Origin: Selaginella moellendorffii
Lineage: Eukaryota; Plantae; Lycopodiophyta
NCBI RefSeq assembly: GCF_000143415.4
Contig: NW_003314290.1
Location: forward strand, 558,001 to 622,000
DNA: 64,000 bases
Direction: 5' to 3'
Part shown: piece by piece, positions 55,393 through 64,000 of the stretch
Layout of the letters: every line of letters starts with the position of its first letter
Numbering within the stretch: the stretch's first letter is position 1
Notes under the pieces: model-generated
What the model was told of the DNA's origin: nothing
Databases searched by the model: none
What the model saw: the letters and a program-made list of their open reading frames with translations, nothing else
Program-made: the position numbers and the translations under genes

Positions 55393-56595
55393 TCTGAAAG
55401 TGCAGAAAAGAAGTTAAGACCATACAAAAAATGATTGGAGAATGGCCTAAATCATAACATACCAAACAACCTCAATAGCATGAGGCCACATGCCATTATT
55501 CAAACATGCTATTGACACCCACGTGAAATTTTGCATTCACAAAATTGGCATGAGCCCTCATACCATTAGTAGTACCACTAATGGCATGAGGCCTCACGCT
55601 ATCTTTGGAAGTGGTCAATATCGCGTCCATGGCGAACATACCAGGAAGCACAAGTGCCGAATATCAAGAGGAAGCGGTAGCCACACCAAAGATAGTGCCG
55701 CTCGCAACACCGCAACTGCTCGTAGCGCCGCTCGCACAAACTGCCACTCGCATAAACTGCCGCTCGCAATGGCGCTCGCAATGCCGCAACCGCTCGTAGA
55801 CGCATAAACCACAGCCCACAACGCCGCTTACACAAGCAGCGCTCACTGCGCTCAGCGGAACCAAGAACACGGCGCACAAAAATGATAGACCTAGGAATGA
55901 GTTCGAGAATTCAAAAATAACACACGCTTGAATGTCACATCAAATCCTCTGACAAACCAGATCTTATGACTCCTCTGACAAATTTCAAACTGAGTAGCTT
56001 CTAGACTTTGCTGTCGGAGGTTGAACTTTGTCACATCATGTCCTTGCCTCGATCCAGCTGTGCCATGTCAGTGATTCGAACTTTGCCATGCCATGTCAGC
56101 GATCCGCGCCAAGATTATTCGCCGTGTAAAGGAATAATTATGCTCTGTGTGTACGTCCATTTATGGCAATATAAGGCCACACGCCATTCAAAGAATAATG
56201 CTAGTCGAGCATTTTTTGGTGCATTTTTGGGTTCAAAATTGCATGAGCCCACACGCTATAAAGTTTACCTGTACCAAAAATAGAAACAGCTTTATTTACT
56301 TGGGAATTTAAGTGGTTGAGGCATTTTTAAACTTACAAACACATGCCCTACTTACATTCCTTTGGTTGCTTAAAATTCAAAAATATTATAAACCTTTCTT
56401 TTTGCATTTTCAATGTTTTCAATTATGGTTTTTGATTTTCGCAGGACCAGCCTAGTAATCTATTTGCATCCCGTCATGTTTATAGCTAGCTTTTGTTTGT
56501 CCCCTTCGCTAGCCTGAGATACATCTGCTCGGCATCTGCCTCTTACAGCATTTGCCCAGAAAGGGCATCTTTCTTCACGCAACATTTGCCACATG

Positions 56596-56621
56596 TTTAG
56601 GGTTTAGGGTTTAGGGTTTAG
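56596..56621 (+). repeat. Short interstitial plant telomeric repeat (TTTAGGG)3+
   Basis: tttagggtttagggtttagggtttag. Confidence 0.85.
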
Positions 56622-58212
56622 CAATTCAGTAACTTGATAAACATGCAAATACAGAACTTAATGCAAAATCCTTTGATATGTCACAATGCCCCTAGGACCA
56701 TAAACACATTTCAATAGAGAGGGTCCTTTTATTTCATAACTCCTTACGTAGATCTTGGTGAAACCAGAGTTAGTGAAGTTAGTTTCTTGTGATCTCGCAT
56801 CTGATTGTGATGTCCCTTTGCAGTGTCGATGGAAAGGTCAATGCACACCAAACTGTAAAATCTTGGAGTAAAATAACGGTTGGATCTATGGCAAATGCCC
56901 CTGAAACATTGTAAGGCTCGTGTGGTCTCATGTGGTGTCCGATCGAGATGCTTCTTTGCAGGGTCATCAAGAAAGACATTGTATACTATTCTGTAAAATC
57001 TAGTTGCGATCTAACGGTTGGATCTCCAGAAAACTCAAAAAAATCTCGCGCGTGTCAGAATATCCTAGGAATATACTCCTATGTGCCCCTGAAAATGGCA
57101 TGCGGCCCCATGCCATTCAAGAGATAACGCCAGATGACGCCGAGAATTTTTTGGTGCATTTTTTGGGTTCAAAATTGCATGAGCCCACACGCTATAAAGT
57201 TTATCTTTCCCAAATAGAGAAAAGTTTATCTATGTCATGTGAGGTAGTTACAGTCCTTTGTGCTCGGCATCTGCCTCTTGCAGCATTTGCACTGAAAGGG
57301 AATTTTTCTCCATTCAGCATTTGGCCCTGAAAATGGCATGCGCCCACACGCCATTCAAGGAATAGACGCCTGGATTTTTGGGTTTAAAATGTTTAGGGTT
57401 TTTTGGGTTTTTTCAAAATATTTTGGGTCCAACGTTTTTTGGGTTTCTTTGGTTCAAAATTGCATGAGCCCACATGCTATAATATTGATTTGAAAGAAAA
57501 ATAGAAACAGATAGAATTTCTTTATTTAGCTGAACATCTGCCATTTTTGGAAATACAAGATGTTTTGGAATATCCAATCATGCATGGTATAAATATAGCG
57601 AGGGTATTAAATGATATCCCAATCATGATCTTTCTTTTGGATTTCGCGTGCATGCAGTCTGAGGAATGATGACGTTGCGGATTTCTTTTGGATTTTACGT
57701 GCTTGCATGCGCACGGCAATCCAGAAATTAATGGTGGCGCCCAAGTCCGAGGAATGATGACGTGGCGGGATTACCAACCGTTGTGACATTTCGCGCGTGT
57801 GAGGTTAGGTTTTGCATTTTGCTTCGTACTCGCGCTCGCGCTCGCATCACACTCGCGCTCCCGCTCGCATCGCGCTCCCGCTCGCATCGCGCTCCCACTC
57901 GCGATCACGCTCACTTCTCTACAGGTTTCTCGTGTGCATCGGCGTCCACTCGCGCTTGCATCACACTCGCGCTTGCATCGCGCTCGTGTGCATCGGCGTC
58001 CACTTCAAGACACACCCAGTTTGTAACTTCGCCGCCAACTCCGCCGCCCACTCCGCCACCCACACGCAGCCCACTTGGCGTCCCGGGAGATTTCAGCGCC
58101 ACTCTCCAACTGTAAGTGGCAGAGTAGCCTTGCTGCTACGATCTGCTGCACACACAGTGCACATTCGCCAGCGAGTCCAGCCTCGATTGTCACGGCCTCC
58201 ATTCGGCTTCAA

Positions 58213-61200
58213 ATGGTAAGTCTTTTAGGCCAAGTAGAAAATGGCATGAGGCCACATGCCATTCAGTAGCAACATTGGCATGCACCGATTGGGCTCTCGA
58301 GTGCAGTCCGGTTACAGATGGCGTGTAGCCTCACGCCATCTTAGGATGCAGCCTCAAGACATCTGATGCAGTGGTGAATGGCGTGTGGCCTCACGTTATT
58401 TCCAGCTGCTAGCTTTTCATCTGTCAGCTCTAATTGTTGTGCATTTCTGAACAGGTGAGGAATTGCGTTCTTCTTCCAGCCACTGTCAATGTCGATGCAG
58501 AGAAGGGGGAGGAGCTCACCAGTTGGACTTTCGGGATGGAAGGCGAGGATCTGATGCTGTACAACACAGATGGTGGGAGAAAAGAATGCATGGGGATCCT
58601 CATCCAAGTGACAGACACTCCATGCAGTTCCATGCAAGAATATGGACTGGCACTTGTGGTAGAGACAGCATCCGCCTTCAAGATCCACCTTGCACATCCT
58701 AGCGGCTTCCCGGAGGGGGGCAGCGGCTATGAGGAATTCCTAGAGGGAGCTAGGGAGAGGTTGTCCAGGAGGCCCACAATTTCAAAGACGCTGCGGGTCT
58801 ATGAAGATCACATGGAATCCACGGACCTCACCTACGGCGATGTTCAAAAACTATATTCCAACATTGAGCCGTTGAGAGTGCCTCCAGTTCGCGAAGCGAA
58901 GGGGAAGGGGGTCGATCTGGAAACTACCCCGAAGCTGAAAAGGGTGGTCAAGCTCAAGCCGACGTCCGACTCTGCTGCTCCAAAAAAGAAGCTACTCGGT
59001 GATGCCATTGCCTCGGGTTCGAACACTACACCCACCAAAAAGAAGAGCCGCAAAGAGCAGAAAGAGCAAGAAGAGGCAACAAAAATCGTCGCAGATAATA
59101 GTACTTGTTACTATTCCAACAAAGTATATACAATCGACGTGAGCCGTATCGACATCCAAAGCAAATACAACCACAGGCTAGTATCTGATGAGTGGGTGGA
59201 GAAACTGAAGCAGAAGATGCTGGCAAGTCCAGTAACACCCGACATCGCAGACGTGATCCCCTACTACCAAACAATGAAGGGCGAGACGAGGTTTCCAAAC
59301 TTGATCAATAGGAAGGTGTTAGACGATCAGAACATCCGGTTCTATGCCGTCTCCGGGCAGCATTCTAGCTTGGCGATGCAAGAGATAGTTCTGGATATTA
59401 TGGTGGGCGAGGAGGTGAAGAAAGTCTTCAAGACAAGAGTTGTCCGCCTGATAAAAGGCAACTCGCCCCTCCGATCTATCATATCCATCTCCCACGCGCA
59501 GAATGTCAAGCAAGAAACGTGCTACAAATCGGGTCTGCACGAGACATTGGCACGAACACGGAAGCTCTGGGTTCAACTGAAGAAGCCACAAAAACCAGGA
59601 CAAGGACGTGCACTAGCAACTAGCGCCTGGCAGGTAAGCCTCGTTGCATGTGGCATAGCATGTGGCCTCACGCCATTTCCATTGCAGGAATTCTCGAGTC
59701 TTCTCTCGAAAACACTGGGGGTCAATGACACACTCAGCATCCATAACATTCTACTCGCGACAAAAGTTGTTTTTGACAAATGGGTAGATGTGCTGAGGAG
59801 GTACCATGATGGGGAGTTGCTAAACTCAATGGGTGTGGAGGACGGCCGGAAGCCCAATGATTTGAAGCTCAACGCCTTGCGTCTCTCGCGGTCTCTAAAC
59901 GACGACGACCTTCTGACAGTGGCTAATGCTCTTCTACGTGGTGAGGTAGTCTTCAACAAGACCAAAATGACTCCCGGCCATATTGTGACATACGAGGACT
60001 TGTGCACGACTCTGAGAGCTCGTGCGCTATTGAAGGATTGGATCTTCGAGCAAGTGGCCGTGGAGAGGGTGAGCATCGACACCACGCAAGAGATGATGGA
60101 AGAGCTGGACTTGTCAAATGAAGACATCGACGAGTACGTGAAGGGGGCCCCCAAGTTCATCGATCTGCTGCGGGATGCCACGAAAAGTAAAGCTGAGAAG
60201 TTGGATCAATATCCAAATTTCATTAAGAGGGATGTCGACCGCCGGCTTCAGAAACAGCTCGACCCCGCAGCAGAGGCCTATCGAGAACCTTACCGGGTAT
60301 ACGTGAATTCGGATGAGGATCAAAGGTGGAGGAGCATCGTTTCCCGTGGAGATGAGCAGGTCAAGAGCATCTTTTGTGTGATGGACTTCACAAACGAAGA
60401 GATCACTCATGCAGACGAAGTCAGCTCCATCATTGACTTAATGGTGGGACTTGCAAAGGTGGAATCTTCAGTCCACTATATGATCTACGACTCCGAATCC
60501 TATCACAAGTTCTGGAAGGCCTTGAACAAGGTGAAGGCTCGGTTGAAAGGCAAGGACATGCGGGAGATCCATGGGATAATGGCTAAAAAGAAGATACCGA
60601 CGAATGTCCGCATCTTCACACTCGCCCTTGTTGTTGGTCCTGCAGCAAAGTGGGACTGGAGTGACTTCCCAACTTCGTTCAACAAGGCCGATCGAATTGA
60701 TCTGAGGGAGGTCAATTTACCCGTGCCTGAGGAACTGAAGACGGCTATGGAGCTTTCGAATCCAATGAAAGCTCCAGGTGCAGCATGGGAAATGCTCAGC
60801 TGGGTCTTCAACGCAATAGCGGGTGACTCCAAGGGCAAATGCGTTGTCGAGTACAACTGCGGCAGACTATTCTTTCGAGCCGCACTACTCAAGGGTGTTC
60901 CGTGTGTTGCGATGACAAACTCTATTGAAGAGGTGACTTCAATGGAGCATATAATTACAGTTGCCAAAGAAAAACAGTATCTTCTCTGCGAACCTGGTGA
61001 GTACGCACTTTAAGTTTAAATGTTATCTCACAAGCTCTGTATGCAGGAGCGTGGCCACCCCCAGATGCTGAAACGGCGTTAACAGCTACTGATGTTAGGC
61101 CGAGCTCACAACCTGCACAAGGTAAGGTCACGTGAGGCCTCACGCCATTTTGATTATAGATCGTTGTGAATATTCAGACACGAGGACTGAAAAGCGCACT

Positions 61201-62913
61201 GGTGGCACGTCGAAGAAGGACAAACAGACAAGCAATAGGAAAAAAGGAGGTACAAATTATATTTGCAATGGCGTGTGGTCTCATGCCATTCCTTGCAGGA
61301 GACACTTCTTCAAAGGCAAAACAGGCAAGCACCAGCCAAGCTCAAACTGACAGTGGTCATAAAAAGCGAAAGCACGTTGGACAGTCGTCGGGATCCGAGG
61401 CGTTTGATTCGAAAAGGAAGAAGGGCAACGAAAAGATGATAGGTAATGCCTCGCGGTTATGGCGTGTGTGCTCATGCCATTCATTGCAGATCAAGGGCTG
61501 AGTGAAAGGAGCCAGTCACCACCTCCTGACTCAGATTCCTATGGCGGACTCCCCTTCCCCAATCTCAATGGAGAGGTACAATGGATGAGGGATGCTTTTC
61601 AAGTCAGGGCCACGTTTTTCTCAGCTCGTCGTCTTTGAAGGGTGCAAGAATGTGCAGAAACCATGTTAAGACAGTCGGGTGAGGATACGGTCCTAGGTCA
61701 AGCACTAAAACAGGCTATGGATGTCTTGTATTTTGATATGGAGACTCGGCCAGATGATTTTCCCAAGATGGTCCTGGAAAAACAGGCCATCCAGCCTGAG
61801 CAGCCTATGGAAGAAATGCAGGAGGGGGATGAGGAGCCAGAGAAAGATAATGAGCAAGAAGAGCAGAAGGACGAAGAGGAGGACAAAGAAGAGGAGGACG
61901 AAGAAGAGGAGGACGAAGAGGACTTGGATGGTCCTCACAATGGTGACGATCACAATAACGACGATGACGATGATGACGACGATAGCCAGCCTGAGGTGGC
62001 CAAAGAGCAGCGGAGGAAGGTCATACAAGACAAACCATCAGGTAAATAATAGTACATCCATTCCTAACCTTTTACCATTTCTAATATTGTCCATGTAGGT
62101 CGCAGAAGAAATGGTAAGTAGAGATTATTCAGTTGAATTAAGATACAAACTCTAGCCTTTAGTGTCGAGGAAGGATAGTGCCAAGCAAGGGTCGAAACGT
62201 ATGTCCAATCCTTCAAAATCAGCAGTGCGCCCAATAGCAGTTGATGGTAAATACAGTATAGTCGATTCAATGTGCTAATGAGTTTGTTTTTAGTAGCCAG
62301 TAGGGAGGATACCATCTCAATCGAAGGGAGATATTTGGACATGCATATGGATCCGCCAGTGGACTCTACTTGCCTGCAAGAGTTATCAGAGCTGGTGGAG
62401 GCTACTATCCATATCAACGCCAAGCAAGCTGACCACGCTCCACTTGATGCTGCCCATACCACTGAGTCAATCTTGTCCACGTATCCAACTGACGGTGACC
62501 AGGCGCCATTGGACCCGCATGAGGCCGCCCCAGCCGCCGAGCCGGTCGTATCCTCATTTCCAACGGACTCAACGTGTGCCCAATCGTCTGACTACGCGCC
62601 ATTGGAACCTCCCTACACCACCCCTGCTGCCTGTTCGGTCATGTCCACTTTGCCAACGGAGCCACCAGCTGAAATGGCGTGTGATCACACGCCATCGGAA
62701 CCACCCCATGCCACTGTTGAGCCAATTGTACCAGAGTCTACAGCTGAAATGGCATGTGCCCACACGCCATCGGATGCGATTGACCCCACATTGCAAAGGA
62801 GAGTATTTCCGCCCTTCACGTTTCCTCGACCAAAACCCTCTGAACGACCATCGGGAGCACCATTCGCTAATATTGTAGATGGTAAAATTGACTTGTACCA
62901 TTTTTTATGCTGA
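58213..62913 (+). CDS. Multi-exon gene: ParB/Srx-like domain + degenerate DNA amino-methyltransferase-like region + basic, acidic and Pro-rich tail
   Basis: ATG 58213, intron 58216-58454, long open exons to 60996 (in-frame intron 59634-59687), then small exons. ParB-like IDVSRI..YNHRLVSDEWVEKLKQKM..FYAVSGQHSSLAM. MTase-like NPMKAP..LSWVF..KCVVEYNCG..AALLKGVPCVAM. Gene existence is well supported; domain calls are by eye and the 3' structure is uncertain. Confidence 0.6.
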
Positions 62914-62929
62914 CGCATTTCATTTCAGA

Positions 62930-63791
62930 GTCACGGCGAAAGTACTGTATCTTTTTTGATCTGAACGGTGTCCTTTTCTCCCATGAGCGTGGCTCGTCCT
63001 CGAATGTCACTGCACCCTCCAAAACCTGCGGTCGCAAGTTGGTCAAAAGAGACAGATTCACATTAATCACACGGAAGAAACTGCGGGATCTAATAATGAC
63101 CATGCGACACTTAAAACAGAGGGCCGGGTTCAATTTGCAATTAGGAGTTTGGACATCCATGATGCGCCACAATGCATTAACGTTGCTATAGATGATGCAC
63201 GATCAGACACGAGTAATATTACCATTTGACTTTCTCCTAATGCAGGAGGGTTGCTTGACTATGGTCCATGTGAGGGGTAGCAAGCCCATCTTCGTCAAGC
63301 CAGAGGCTGTAGTGATGAACCGGACTGCTAGGTCAAGTGAAATCCTCATCATCGATGACTCGCCGATTAAAACTGCAATGAACACGCACACATATGCAGT
63401 GCACCCCATCTCTTGCAGTATGGAAACTAGGGAGAAGAAACCGTATGTTCTGGGGGACCTTGCAAAACGGCTTGAAGCGATGGTGATAGAGAACCGGCCA
63501 GTCCAGGAGGTGGCTGCAAAAATCAACCAAATGGCAGATGGAACGGTATATCAGAAGCCATTTGATCGGACAAACACCAGTCATCATTTATGGCATGTAT
63601 ATTGTCTAGCCAAGCACTATCCGCATCTCTATAATCTGCTCAACCGGATGGGTTCTTCGACCACTGAACATGAGCGTGGACGTATTAGAGAAGAGATGGC
63701 ATTACTATTGGGTTTAAATCCTAATAGTGTGGAGAGTGATGAAATTCCAAGATTATTGTATAGGCGTTGGAGGCAAAAAATAACAGTCTGA
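62930..63791 (+). CDS. FCP1/NIF-like HAD-fold domain, probably the last exon of the preceding gene; in-frame TAG at 63189-63191
   Basis: IFFDLNGVL (motif I variant), GVWTS, IFVKP, ILIIDDSPIK. The ORFs 62907-63191 and 63192-63791 are in the same frame. Confidence 0.7.
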
Positions 63792-64000
63792 GATGGCATG
63801 TATTTATTTAAAAATGTAACTTATTATGGCATGGGGTTCCATGCCATTGTATTAATATTAAAAGACAATTCTTTGAGAGGATTTGCATTATACTAGAAGT
63901 GTTACAACATGTTATTGGAAGTCTACGAAGTTGTTTTATTAATAAGGGGAAAGTAAAGATTGAATGGGGACTTGGGCTCCACCTAGACTCAGAGCAACTA

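Larger units (their letters stand above)
51352..63847. repeat. Dispersed 22-bp palindrome family ATGGCRTG-N6-CAYGCCAT (at least 23 copies)
   Basis: Copies start at about 51352, 51671, 51760, 53572, 53629, 55475, 55545, 55581, 56238, 57095, 57174, 57333, 57459, 58241, 58318, 58378, 59655, 61127, 61268, 61459, 62674, 62749 and 63826. Partial copies near 52150-52190 and 56165. Confidence 0.9.
51119..64000. mobile_element. Putative large DNA transposon (Sola/DUF7869-like transposase) carrying extra genes; right end probably beyond the window
   Basis: Sharp break in the LTR remnant at ~51119, a transposase-like ORF, and a palindrome family confined to this interval. No matching second TIR seen. 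Confidence 0.6.

Noticed and set aside
56596-56621. Chromosome end or healed break
   Set aside because: Only ~3.5 telomeric units embedded in continuous element sequence; more like a telo-box.
63189-63191. Programmed stop-codon readthrough in the HAD domain
   Set aside because: A single C>T mutation in a TE copy is the simpler explanation; there is no supporting signal.
51352-63847. Palindrome family as a CRISPR array
   Set aside because: Spacing is highly irregular (tens of bp to kb), there are no cas genes, and the context is eukaryotic with introns.

Overview
Plant nuclear DNA; the ~50-bp introns, degenerate PPR fragments and gene style suggest a lycophyte such as Selaginella (inference). 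1-24.7 kb is gene-rich. It holds the 3' end of HISN4 (hisHF), a multi-exon Rab-GAP (TBC) gene, an orphan gene with duplicated exons, a mosaic of PPR/ADH pseudogene fragments, and a cluster of intronless Uma2/PD-(D/E)XK-like ORFs. It also holds an intact zinc ADH-like gene and a CCR4-like gene split by a hAT element. 25.0-47.1 kb is a nested LTR stack with target-site duplications readable at every level: a decayed Ty3/Gypsy element containing a TRIM and a non-coding LARD-like element that contains a second copy of itself and a solo LTR. 47.6-51.1 kb holds older LTR remnants. From ~51.1 kb to the end is the most unusual part, an apparent large DNA transposon. It has a Sola/DUF7869-like DDE transposase on the minus strand, a divergent multi-exon gene with a ParB-like domain and a degenerate amino-methyltransferase-like region, and a downstream FCP1-like HAD domain. 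At least 23 copies of one 22-bp palindrome (ATGGCRTG-N6-CAYGCCAT) lie within this element, mostly in introns and intergenic DNA. This could be an element-encoded ParB/parS-like or VANC-like self-recognition system. All domain calls come from motif recognition by eye; no searches were run.
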